From: Lama glama
Lineage: Eukaryota
Assembly: GCA_028534125.1 (NCBI GenBank)
Contig: CM052817.1
Coordinates: 2,296,001-2,360,000, forward strand
Length of the DNA: 64,000 bases
Direction of reading: 5' to 3'
Below are positions 11,051 to 23,229 of the stretch, piece after piece. Numbering within the stretch: the stretch's first letter is position 1; each line of letters opens with the position of its first letter. The notes under the pieces are model-generated. The model was not told the DNA's origin and did no database searches. It saw nothing but the letters and a program-made list of their open reading frames with translations. A program made the translations under genes and the position numbers.

Positions 11051-12569
11051 GAGTCCCCAGCAAGCCCTCCACACAGATGTTAATCAGCCTCATTTTACGT
11101 ATGAGAAAACCAAGTCTTCCGTGTTCTTCTGCATCACTTTTCCACCATGAACAGCCTTGAGATTAAGCGTTAAGCCGACAGGGTCAGACAGAGCCCAGGA
11201 ACAGCACATCTCTGACCACGCTGCCTTATTTCTGACGTAATTCCCCCCTGGAACCTCAGCTGCTACGTAAGAACCACCACATCCGCACCCCCTGGTGTTG
11301 TGAACAAGGCGCTGGCTTTGTTTTTCGCTCTGTCGTCTGAGAAAAGATTCCAAGAGATCAAGCCACTTTTAAAGACCGCCCCACCCAGGATAGAAAATGC
11401 CAAAATGTTTGTGGTCGAAAATAAGTTAGCTACCCGCTTCCTCGAGTGTGCTGCCATCGCAAATCGAGTTGAAAGCCAACTCAGTCCTCTTTTAATTGGT
11501 TCAGATGAAGCTGTTACTTGAAATCGGATTGTTGTTGTTGCTTCCACAAGGATTCAAGTAGGAGGCAAAGCAACGCAGTGACTCTCGCTCAGTAAGCGGC
11601 CGGCCCCAGGCCTCGCGGCCGGGGTGGGGGTGGGGCCTGCCCATCACAGGCGTGGGTGACTTGCAAACATGCCTGGCGTGGCAGGAAGTGACAGTTGATC
11701 AACAATGCCTGGTTGCCCAGGGCTGTCGTTCTGGGTCTGGTCCCACGGACACATCTTTATGAGAGATGACCTCAGGTCGATCGCTGCAGTGCCCAGAGCA
11801 GGGTAGGTGTCCCTGGGAGGTCTGAGGCTGAGCACGCAATGTGACATCATCCTCCTCGGGGCGCCGATTGATCTTGGAACTTGATTGAACTGTGTGACCC
11901 CTGAGCCTCAGTTTCTTTCTCTGGAAAGTGGGCCCATGCCACAGTGTCTACCCTCTTACCTCCCACGGCTTCTGTGGAGAGCCAGTGAGGACCCAGAGAC
12001 CCTCGTGACAACTGTACCGCCCAGGAGTCGAGGGCCTGTGCTTGGCCAGGCAGTTCCCACAGAGCTTCCCACTGGGCTCCGGGGGCACTGGCCACTGCGG
12101 GTGGGGAGGGGCCTCAGGAGCCCTGGGTACAGGGCTGGGGGTGGCAGGTTCACAGGCCCTCATCTCCGGTGGTGGGATCAGCCCCTCGGCAGCTGGGAGG
12201 GGCCCTGGACAGCCTGATGACAGGGGCTCCAGTCCTGTCCCAGGACTGGAGGACAGGAGAGGGTGTTCTGGATGGGCCACTGGCCTCTTCCAGGGAGCTC
12301 AAAGCATTCAGAGACCACCTGGATCCATTTTACTGCTGGGGAAACTGAGGCTCAGAGAGTATCAAGCACTGGTCTGTGGCTACCCATCCACTCAGGGGCA
12401 GAGTCCAGGGGTGGTCCTCCCAGCTGCCCTTGTCGGCTCCCTAAATAATCAGAATTTCACAGAGGTGAGCACAGTGGGGCTTGGAGGGGCAGCCTGCCTG
12501 AACTTTACTGTGCCCTCCGAGTCTGGGGGCGTGAAGCCACAGCAGGAGGACGAGGGCAGAACAGCATAG

Positions 12570-12830
12570 GAATCTAGGGTCCCACGTCCCAGCCCCCAGT
12601 CTCCCCACCAGGGGTCGCTGGTCCCCTCCCTCCTACATGCCTCCAGTGACGTGCCCCTTACTGCTTCCCTGAGACAACCCAGTCCTTGTAAGCACTGCCC
12701 TGACTTTCAGGAGTTTTCCATTTAATGGGCTGTCCATCTGGGGAGTTTTCCATTTCAGGGGGAATCTGCCTCCCTGAACTTTCCACCCCAGACCTTAGGA
12801 TGAAGTCCCAAGGGGATCTCGTGGGCTAGC
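12570..12830 (-). mobile_element. L3/CR1 LINE relic
   Basis: cctccagtgac...ttactgcttccctgagacaaccc...aatctgcctccctgaactttccaccc resembles the recalled L3 3' consensus. Confidence 0.5.
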
Positions 12831-13974
12831 AGAAAGTCAGCCAAACCTGCACACGTCTCCCCCTCCCTCCCCACCTGCTTTCTTTACCCCTGTGTTTGTG
12901 CCCACGCGGTGGCTGGAGCTGGCCTGGAAAGCAGGGCAGAGCCCACGGCGCTACCTCCCACAAAACCACCATGGAGCACGCAGTCTGTCGGGAGACCAGG
13001 GTCGTGACCTTGGGGAGGAGCTGGCTTGTCTGTCAACAGGCTCAACGCCAGACAGCTGACCAGCAGGAGGGGACAGGTGACCGAGAGCCCTGAGGAAGCC
13101 CTGAGCTGGGGTTCCCTGGGGGTCAGAGATGGACTCACCAGGAGGCAGAACTGACTACATAATTTGCGGGTTTGGCACAAAATACTGATGGGTGGCCCGG
13201 GCTGGCAGTGGGGAGGCCACCTCTCAAGGAATTGGGACGTCAAAGTTTTGTGTGCTCGGTGCCTGAATCGGGGCAGGCAGGAGCCACCTGGGGCAGGGTG
13301 ACCACACCTTGCCCACCCTGAGGTGCTGCTGGATGCTGACCCTCCTGGTGTCCCCATCCAGAGCCCCTCCAGGGGTGGAGGGTGGCAGGGTGGGGGCGGC
13401 GAGCTGGCAGCCTAGAGCCCCTCCTAGGGAGACCAGGGGAGGGGGGCCCACAGCGCCCGGAGCCTCCGTGACCCCAGCAGATTTCACACATGTCAAAGAT
13501 GATTGTTAAAACTTTCAAGACGGGGCCGCAGAGCGTTGATGCCCCCTGCCCAGCTCAGCCCTTTGGGGGCCCCCAAGCTCAGGGCCCGGTGGGCTGGCGC
13601 TGGTCACACGGTGGGAGCCTTACGGGGCTTTTCTCTGAAGACGACAGAACATCCAGGTCTGACACTAGTTCCAGCGAGACTGTCTCAAATGACCCAGATC
13701 TGTGAGGTGCCGCAGTCACCTCCGCCTCTGTGCTCTGGCTGAGGTCAGAGCACTCATTCATTCGTTCATTTGTTCTTTCACTGGCCCATCTGGGCATGCA
13801 TTTCACTCCTTCAGGAAGCATTTACGCAGCATTTACGCAGCATCCGCTGCACACGTGGGGGAAACAGAACAACGAGGGCCTACAAGAATTTAATGCCCTC
13901 CTACAATTACTGTTGTCATTATGGCAAAAAAAAAAAATACACTGATGACCTTTTTTCATGATTTAAAAAAATTT

Positions 13975-14104
13975 TTTAAATTTACTTTTTATTTTTGGAG
14001 GGAGGGAATTAGGTTTATTTATTTATTTTAATGGAGGCACTGGGGATTGAACTCAGGGCCTTATGCCTGCTAAGCGGGCGCTCTACCCCTGAGCTGTACC
14101 CTCC
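13975..14104 (-). mobile_element. tRNA-Ala-derived camelid SINE (vic-1-like)
   Basis: The reverse complement reads GGAGGGTACAGCTCAGGGGTAGAGCGCCCGCTTAGCAGGCATAAGGCCCTGAGTTCAATCCCCAGTGCCTCC, followed by an AATAAATAAACCTAATTCCCTCCC tail and an A-rich end. Confidence 0.85.
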
Positions 14105-14415
14105 GGATCTCTGATAATCATGCCTTTAAAAACATCCATTGAAAACCCCCAGCTCATCAGGCACCAGGTTAGCAAAACAGAGAAACAGCCCTGCCCCGTG
14201 GAATCTGCAGCCTCTGGGGAGGACAGGCAGTGGCCACAAACCCACACGAGCAAATAAAATGTTGTGAACTGTGGTGTGCTGTCTGCCAGCGCCCTGACCC
14301 TGGGGCAAGCGGAGGGGCGGGGGAGGCGGGCAGAGCAGCCTCCCCTCGGCGTGTCCCCTTGGGCCACAGTCTCATCTGTAGCTGGGCAGCTGGAGCAGGG
14401 GCTCTGGGTTAGCCC

Positions 14416-14788
14416 TGAGTCGGTGTCGCGGGGCCGCGTAGCACGGTACCACAGATGAGGGCCCGCACAGCTGAGCCGTGCCCCTCCCCGGCCTAGAGGC
14501 TGCCAGTCTGAGCTCAGGGGGTCCGCGGGGTGGGCTTCTCCTGAGGCCTCTCTCCCGGGCTGTAGACGGCCTCCTCTCTGTGCGTCCTCACGTGGTCGTC
14601 CCTCTCTGTGCCCTGACCTCCTCTTCGTATCGGGACATCAGGCAGATCGGTGGGGCTCACCCTGAAGAGCTCGTTTTACCTTAACTACCTCTGGCAAGGC
14701 CTCCTCTCCACAGGCAGTCGTGTTCTGAGGGGCTGGGGGCTGGGGCTTCTACATATGAACTTGGTGGGATGCAGCTCAGCCTGTGACA
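14416..14788 (-). mobile_element. MaLR solo LTR (MLT1B-like)
   Basis: Near full-length match to the MLT1 pattern (...gtaccacag...ttctcctgaggcctctctc...cttctacatatgaacttgg...cagcctgtgaca). Confidence 0.8.
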
Positions 14789-15077
14789 CCTCCTGTGACC
14801 ACATCCAGGCCGCACACATGGCCACGCGTCCTCACTCTCCTGGCTGGGTTTCCCGACTTGAGCCCAAGGACCGTCTAGCGCCTGTGTCCCGGGATCCACA
14901 GAAAGTTCTGGAAGAACGCCCGGTGCTCGGTCAGCCCCCAGCGGGGCCTGGGCTCCCTGGACGGCTGCTCTCAGCCCACACAGCAGCCTGAGGGGGTGGG
15001 GAGGGGGCTCAGGAACTGACCCCTCTGTGTGGAGCTGGACTCTCCAGCCTGCCACCTCTGTGACCCCTGGGCAGTTA

Positions 15078-15370
15078 AAAAAATGTTTACAACAGCTTTA
15101 TTCATGATGGTCAAAAGACTGGAAACAATTCAAAAATCCACCCGCTGGGTAAATATACTGCGGTGCATCCAGGCAGCGGAAAACCACTCAGAGGGACCAA
15201 GGAGCGAGCCAGGACGTCTCAAACGCGCTGCGTAGGTGAAGGAAGCCTCACTCAAAGGCCACATGCTCGAGGGCTCCATTTACATGAGTTTTTAGGAACA
15301 GATTTTAAATTTTAGAGCAGTTTTAGGTTCACAGCACAACCGATCAGACAGTACAGAGTTCCCACATGCC
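15078..15370. mobile_element. Two adjacent old L1 3' fragments (L1ME-like on +, L1MC-like on -)
   Basis: aatgtttacaacagctttattcatgatggtcaaaagactggaaacaa...ccatttacatga, then ttttagagcagttttaggttcacagca...tacagagttcccacat. Confidence 0.65.
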
Positions 15371-17899
15371 CCTTGGGCATCAGGTGCTGGTTGCCCACCT
15401 GTCAGTGGAGGTGTGGATGTGGCTCCAGCAGGGAGGCTGGGACCTGACCAGGTCTGGGTGGCAGAGAGCGATGCAAAGTGGCCAGCGCCCTGTCCGGGGC
15501 GAGGATGATCCTGTGGATGGGCACGTAGTGGAGGAGGCTGGCTGGCTGGCCCACAGGGCTTGCGCATGGTGGGGGAGACTGGCTCTCGAGGGTTCTGGAA
15601 AGGTGCCCCACCCCGGCCAGCTTGCTCAGAGCCCAGGAGGACGGAAGGACCGTCCAGGCCTCTCTGGACTCCTGGAGGCCCATCATTTGCTGTAATGATG
15701 GAAAACTACTAGCTTGTCCTTGAGGCTCCAGCGAGAGCCGGGCTCTTATCTCCCATCAGCGAGTGAAGCGGGGAGACTCCGCGGCCGGGCGGAAGCCAGG
15801 AGAGCTGGCGGGAAGGTGGGGCCCTTTCTGCTCCTGGGGAGCCAGGGCGGGGCTGCTGCACATGTCCCCCGGTGGCCACCAACGTCCATAAGGGCTAGTC
15901 TCTTTCTGGTCCCCACCCAGCTCGGCTGGGGACAGAGGCCAGGGGCATGGGACGGCCTGTACTCAGGGATGGAGCTCAAGCCCTGACTGTCACCTCCTGC
16001 TGTGTGACCTCAGTACCTTCCTTCAGCTCCCTGAATGAGACTCTCCAACAGGGGTGTTTCTTCAGCTCCAACCGCCTGCTGGCGGCACAGGGACCAACCA
16101 CACCCCCAGGACCCAGAGAGGCTGACTTGAGCAAATGGGGGCTGGCACAGGATGCTTGATGCTGAAGTTGGGGTTGGAACCCGATGGCAGGGCCGGTGGT
16201 CCTGTGTAAGGGGTGCCAGGATCCCTGCCCCTGGGGGTGACCTGCTCAGGAAGCAGGAGGCGCCCCTTCCCTGGCTCCCCCGTCTCCCAGGTCCCAGCCG
16301 GGCTGCTGACTCACTTGGGCTGCTGACTTGGGGGTCCCACAATTCCACATCCCCAAGACGCATTTTGCCCGTGGCTCAGAGTTGGGACTCAGCGATGGGG
16401 TTTCTCAGGCACAGGGGGAGCTCAGGGATGAGGGACTGGTGACACCGATCCTTCCGGGGCCACACTGGGACCTGGTGGACACGTGGATGACTGCCAGCTG
16501 GGAAACAAGATTTCTGTATGAGCCGTGACTCAGCCGGCGTTTTCTGCAGGTCTCTGGTGCTCATAGGGTGGGGGTGGGGTTGAGGAGAGAGCGTTAGAAG
16601 GTGAGTGGTGGGGGGCAAAATAGCACCCCTTCCCCAGAGACCAGGGTAAAACCCATTCAAAACATCACCCACAGTCAGACAAACACTGCCGGGGGTCGGG
16701 GGGCCCAGCTGCATCCAAGTGTGAATATCACCAGGTCTGTGTCTTCTCACCCCCTCTCTGCTTGCCTGCTTTCTCCCCAGAGTGTCCCCCCATGCCCCAC
16801 CTGGTGGCGGGACGCCCTCCCAGCTCAGCAGCCCCAGGAAGCTGGGTCCTAGGTCAGATCCCACACACAGCCCAGAAGCCAGGGAGGGGATCAGCCCACC
16901 TGACCACATGGACAGAAGGTGGGGATGGGGAAGATTCTGCCCAGAAATGTCAGGTGTCTGGCCAGGAGGCCCTCGGGCAGTGCGTGGATGTGAGGCAGCC
17001 CTGGGGTGGGGGCCCTGCTTGGCCACTTTCTTCTTGAAGCCCCCTGGCCCGTGGGCAGCAGCAGGCTGTCTGGGCAGCTGCTGCACAGGCCTCAGATGTC
17101 CTGCAGGAGCTCCCTTCCTGCTCCCCCAGCCCACGCACCCCTCGAGGGCAGGGGTCTGCGCCCCTGGGAGTAGTGAGTTCTTCCTCACGTGATGAAAGGC
17201 CTGGCCGGCCTCTGGTCTGTCTTTGCACCTGCTTTGCCTGGAGAAAGTTCTTCCTGAGACCACACTGGTGGGTCCCGGGTGGCAGGGCTGCCACCGATGC
17301 AGGACCTGATCCCTGTCCTGGAGGGACACGCCTCAGGGCTGGGCCCCTCGCCTCAGCTCCCCACGCTGATTCCTCTCTGCACTGAGGCCAAGACTCTGCT
17401 TGTCCCTGGGTCAAGGCTAGAGCTGCTGGAGGCTGGGCCCCAGCTGCGCAGGTGGGGCCCACACAGTCCCACACAGTCCCCGTCTCGGAAGCTCCAGACC
17501 CTGACACGGGCCCCCACTGCGCTGCTAACCCCAGCTCCTCCCAGGGACAGACCCCAGCTGGGAGGAGCGGGTGCCGTGTCAGAGCCTGGCATCCTGGCGG
17601 GGCCACCAGGCAGCAGCGGGAACGGCCCCCTCCCCTGCTTCTGACGGAGGGAGACTGCGCCCCGCACAGCCCTGAAACGTCCTCCCTGCCGTGTCCCCCG
17701 CGCGGACATGTGGCTTCTCCTGCTCAGGGGGCGGTCCCCGGACAGCCACCACCGCACAAAGGCACGAGATGGCCCCCAGCAAACGGTCTTCGCTTAATCC
17801 CTGTGTCAAGGCGCCGGGGCCGACGCCTGCGGTCTCCTCGTGGCGGATCTCGGGCTTAGCGGCCACGCTTCTGAGGACCCCGGCACGCCCAGCATCGAC

Positions 17900-18250
17900 T
17901 TTCAAGTGTGGTAAAATCCACCTGGCGCGTAATGTCCCGTCGTAGCCATCTGTCAGTGGCAGTTCCGTGGCATTAAGGGCGTTCACATTGCTGTGCAGCC
18001 GTCACCACATCCATCCCCATAACCGTTTTCATCGGGTAAAGCTGAAGCCCTGTCCCCTTCCCCGCGGTGCCGGTGCCACCTGACGACCTCTGTCTGTCTG
18101 ATTGGACTGTTCTGAGCCTGGGCCTGTGCTGTGCTTGCTGCTCCCAGCCCGGGAGGAGAGCTCCGGGAAGCCACGTCTGTGCAGGTCTAAACGTCGCAGC
18201 TGTTCCCGCGGCGCCCCCGGCAGGTGGTTTCCAGGCCCTCCTGCTCACCT
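17900..18250 (-). mobile_element. L1 3' end fragment (L1MB-like), GC-shifted
   Basis: tgtggtaaaatccac...cagttccgtggcattaagggcgttcacattgctgtgcagccgtcaccacatccatcccc matches the recalled L1MB terminus. Confidence 0.7.
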
Positions 18251-21200
18251 CCCGTGACGAGGAGCTCCCCTCATCCGGGCCTGGCCCATCACTGAGACTC
18301 CGAAGAAGAGGGGGACCCAGAGGGTCACATCCACTTGCCCCCTCCCGTCTCCTCCGGGATCCAGCCAGCGTTTACTGAGCACCTGTGACGTGCCAGGCCC
18401 TGGCCAGGTCTGGGGGCCGCAGGCTCAAGGCAGCTCCTTGTGAGGAGGGGTCTGGCCTGCTGCCACGAGCAGGCACACCCGGAGAGAAGGACCAGTGATA
18501 AAAGATGAGTAAATGAAAGAGCGAGTGAGCGAGTGAGCGAGTGAGTGAGAGACACCTCAGGGTTCTAGTTAGGGGAAGGCCAGCTTCCGGCGAGCTCCCT
18601 GCCCGCACCCCTCGGCCCCATTTCCTCATTTCTATCGGCCTCTTCCCAGCAGGACCAGGACGTCCTGAGCCTCCGCTACTCCAGGGAGTCAGGCCCTCGG
18701 GAGTGTGGAGAGGCTTGATGGGGCGACCAGGGTGCGAGCCCCGCGGTGTCCGGGTTTGCTGTGCGCTCGCCTCTGCAGCTCAGGGAGGGAGTTGGGCAGA
18801 GGCATTCAGCTCCCCCACGAAGACTGGGGAAATGATGGGGGGGCCGGTGCGTTATCAACGACACAGCAGGACGCGGGCACGTGAGGACAATGCGTTGGGA
18901 TGAGGAGGGAATGTCTGGGGCAGGCGGCCCCTCGATGTGGCACGGGCCCGATGTTGGCCTGCAGGTCCCTGGGGTGGGCCGGGGTGGCAGTGCCACCTCT
19001 CCCGGCTCCCCTGATGCAGCTCAGAAATGAACAATAAAAGCCTTTGTGTTCCCTTTCCAACCCAGACAAAATCAATGAATTCTGGAAACATGAGAACAAC
19101 TGACCTTTGAGATTTCTAGCAAAACTTCAGAGTTTGGTTTGGGCGCAGACTCAGGGCTGAGGGCCAAGCCTGGAGGTGCTGGGCAGCCCCCCGTGCACAG
19201 GCCCCCATACCGGGGTCCGACAGAGGCGGGGGTGAGACCAGATCCACACCGGCCTCTGAGGCAGGCCTGGCTGAAGGCGGGCCCAGGCTGGCTGTGTGGG
19301 TGAGCCCACGGAGAGTGGGCTGGGCTGTGGCTTCCAGATTGCAGTGGTACCGTAGCTCTCTCTCTGCTCCAGGGTCCCCAGCAGCTCAGGCGGGCAGCAG
19401 CATTGCTTCATACCCGGGGAAACTGAGGCCCAGAGCAGGGAGGGTCTGGGGCCTGCTGCCTGGTCCACTCCGCCTACCTGGACCCCATCCCAGCGTCTCG
19501 CCTTGGGCTCCCCGCTGGAACGCAGGTCACTGTGGACCCGTGGGCCGTGGCCTCGTCCCAGGGTCCTGGTTCAGTCACTGAGTTCTCTCCCCCGTGCTCC
19601 AGGCCACGCTGGGGACTGGGAGCTGCTGCGGCCCCTCGCTCTGGGAGCTCGTGGAGTCCAGGAGAGGCAGAGGCAGAGGCAGAGGCAGAAACAAGTCCCA
19701 GAGCCGAGGTGGGGAAGCAGGGTCCTGTGGGGTCAAAGAGGGGCCCGGGGGCAGCAGCCCAGCCCGGGGTGGGGGGAAATGGCCCCACAGGGAAACCGCA
19801 CACTCAAGGCCCGCTGGCCCCCCACCGGACAGCACACTCATCATGGGGGCCTGGGCAGCTGGAGGTTGGCCGGGGGTCTGCCAGCCTTCCTAGAAATGGC
19901 GGTATTTGGCCTGAGTTTAGGAAACGTGTAAACTGCCTCTGGGACAGACTGGTCTCCCGTGCTGCTTGGTCTCCCGGGAGGGGCCCCTGGGGAGCCCCGG
20001 AAAGCACGCCCGCCAGCGTGGCCGTGCCCGTGGTGGGCACGCAGTGCTGGGCAGGCTGGGTCAGGGCGGGGAGCTGGGAGGGCCGCACCGCGGGAACCGC
20101 AGAGCCACCCCCACCCCCACCCCTCAGCAGGCCCGGGCGCTCCCCACTAAACTCCCCAGTGGTGTCTGACCCGGAGTTTGCCTCTTCCCCGCTTGCCGGC
20201 TCCTCCTGCGAGGGTCCTGTCCTCTGGGACCCTCCCTACACAAGGGCTCCACGACCTCTCCCCAGTGACCCCCGGGTGCACACCCCCTGCCTTCTGGGGA
20301 TCTCTCCTGGGTATCAGGCCCGCATCCTGATGGGTTAGGTCCCAGACGTAGCTCTTGGTTCCCCCGAACAACTGCGGCCCAGCACATGGAGTCTCCGGCC
20401 CCCAGTCTCCTGTACCCTCTCTTCCCCCGACAGCCCTCGTGTCCAGCCCCTGGTCCTACTAGTGGCTTGAAGGGACAGTGCAGGGCTTTGCTGATGGGTC
20501 AGCCGCAGGTTTGAGAGCAGCGTGGATGAGTCTCGTGGCAGAAATGCTGGCAGGTGGGGCCGAGGGGACGGCTGCAGGAGGGACGCAGACGGGGGAGGGG
20601 TTCATCTGCCATTCTGAGCAGGAGGTGCCCCCTAGATGTGCAAAGTTAGTGTGATTAATATGCAGGAAGGGGTCGGCTGGATGTGCACGTGTGGGAGCCG
20701 CAGGCATGGCGGGGAGCAGGGGTCCTGGGATCGGGGGGGGGTCCCTGCATGGACACAGGGCAGCGCCAGGCACTACACCTCGGGGCTCAGCCAGACAGTG
20801 ACCCAGAGGACCCCTGGGAGCACTGCGCACTGGTGGCTGCATGAGCCCGTGAGGTGGACACTGTTGACCAGTGTGGACACAGGAGCCTGGAGACTGCATG
20901 TGCCTGCTCACTGTCACCAAGGGCGGGGTCCCAGCCCTCCAGACGTCCCCCCACCCTTCACAGGAGCTGCATGTACACAGAGGGGACCCCAAACATGCTG
21001 GCCAATTACATAGGATGAAAGGAGAGCCCCCTCTTCCGGCTAGAAAGTGGGGTGAAAGGTGGCAGCATGGCCGGTGGGCCGTCCACCGCAGCTCAGTCAC
21101 TGCGCCTTTTGACCCCAAGTTCTCAGAAAAAGCCTTGCTGAAGGGCGCCCGGGCACTGCCCTCCCCAGGCCCGGGCTGGGCTCAGCTGGCCGTCCAGGGG

Positions 21201-21864
21201 TGGCTCTTTCTTGGCTCTTTCCAGCCTCTCCAATTTGAACCGGAAACGAGATTGTCGCGGGACACTCAGGACGGCAGCGGTGAACTCCAGCTCAGATGAG
21301 GTCTGAATGCGCGTGTGCACGTGTGCGGGTGCATGCGGGTGTGTGAGGTGCGAGCGCCCGTGCACACGCGGGGCCCTCCCGCGTGTGTGTGCGGGGTCCC
21401 GGTGGGCATGCCTGTGAATGCAGATGTCCGTTTTAATATATTCATATAAATAAAGCATTTCCTTAGGTTACAGAGCCAGGGGCAAGCTGCAGGCAGCATT
21501 TTAAGCTTCTCTTTTCTCAAAAAGACCAAAACAAAACTGCAGAGTGCTGGCGTCGGCAAAATGGAGCCCTGATTGCTACAGAGATCTCATTAACTCCCTC
21601 CACCGGCCAGCGCGGGCTGTCCTGATGTTCCCCGAGGGTCAGGCCACGAGCGTCCACAGGCACTGCGGGCCCTCCTCTCCCCTGCATTTTGATGAGCTTT
21701 TTTGTTTGTTTGTTTGGTTTACAGATAAGCAGTGTCAGACCAGCCCCTCTTCTGAGACCAGCTGGGCCAGCGCCACCTCTGGGGGGGAGAAGACGCAGAG
21801 AAAGCCGTTCCCTTCGTCCCTGACTTTCCATAGCAGTCCAGGCAGGTTAAAATTAGTGTCAGAG

Positions 21865-21985
21865 GGGGAGGTGATAGCTCAGCGGTAGAGCGCATGCTTA
21901 GCGTGCATGAGGTCCTGGGTTCAATCCCTAGTACCTACTTCTATTTTAAAAACTGTAAAAAAAATATAAAGTAAAATAAAAAATT
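21865..21985 (+). mobile_element. tRNA-Ala-derived camelid SINE (vic-1-like) with target-site duplication
   Basis: A box TAGCTCAGCGG at 21875-21885, B box GGTTCAATCCC at 21918-21928 and an A-rich tail. Flanking 15-bp TSD: aaattagtgtcagag (21850-21864) and aaattaatgtcacag (21986-22000). Confidence 0.9.
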
Positions 21986-23229
21986 AAATTAATGTCACAG
22001 GCAGCCGTGATGAAAGAGAAGTTAGGTTGGGGGTGTTCGAGAGGTTTCCAGTTCCGTGCCAGGGAACCTGAGGCTGCATCTGGGGGTCTGCAGGGAAGAT
22101 GATCATAATCTACTAGTGATGTCTGCCAAGGGCAGGGGCAGGGAGTGGTGGCATGGAGGCTGTGTGTTGAGCAAGGCAGAGCTGGACATCGTGGGTGTGG
22201 CTACGAGGAGCTAGGGCTGCCCTGGATCCCGGTGACACCCCACAGGTTTCACAGTTAGTAGAGCTCTCCTGGCGTTCCATGCCTCAGTGCCTTTACACAC
22301 ACTGCTCCCTCACTCTGGTGACCTCACTCATCCTTCGCCGTTCAGCTCAAGTGAGTCTTGTGCCACCACCTCGAACACTGTGTCCCAGGTAGACACCAGA
22401 TCCCTGGCTCCCAGTGCTCTGACTCCACTGTGTCTGCCCCACACCCTGCTGGACGGGGGCCATACTGGCACATTTTGGTGCTCAGTGCCCACCAAGGAGT
22501 CTGGACAAAGAGAGCTGGTGGGATAAACAGAACCAGGCAGCATGTTCTCTTGGACCCCCCCATTCCCACAAACAAGGAGGAGATGTTCTGGGCTGGATTT
22601 GGCCTGGAAATGGGAGAGGGGCCTCTGTACCATCCATGCCAACCATTCAGATATTTGGCTTCAAAGGGACAGGGGAAAAGTTGGCATGTACTCCAGGTCC
22701 CTGTAAGTTCCTTTTATCCCAAATCAGCCTGTCCAGGATTGTCAGCGTGTCCTGGACCACCCCCACCCCACCCTTTGCCTGGCCTTGCCCTGCTCCAGGC
22801 CCGGCAGAGCAGAGCTGTATCCCTTTCCTGCTGGGTACCACCTCCAGGTTTGCACGCAGCACTCTGTACATCCTCTACTCCGAGGAACCTGACTCCTCAA
22901 TACCCACCAGAAAGGAGCCGGTGCGGTGCATGCCTCCTCACGGCAACCACCCTGACCAGCCGAGAGGAGCAGAGAGGCCCTCCAGGCAGGGCGGCTGTCA
23001 ACCACGTGGGGGCCGTGGCGGCACCTCCTCACCTGCCCCCGTCTCCTCCAAGCTAAGTAAAAGGGGGTCTAAGGCAGTCCCTGGTAGTTCTCTTGTGGGG
23101 GGGTGCCTGGGTGAACAGGAGACTGGATTCTCACTCCCCCGCGGGCCAGGAACCAGCAGGTGCCCGCAAGAGCTGGACCAAGTTATCCCAAATTACTGAG
23201 TTATTTTTAACCATTTAAAAAAACCCCAA

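Noticed and set aside
21865..21937. Possible tRNA-Ala(AGC) gene (also at 14033-14104, 24410-24482 and 39860-39937)
   Set aside because: A-rich tails, TSDs at two copies, imperfect acceptor stems and multiple diverged copies indicate SINEs rather than tRNA genes.
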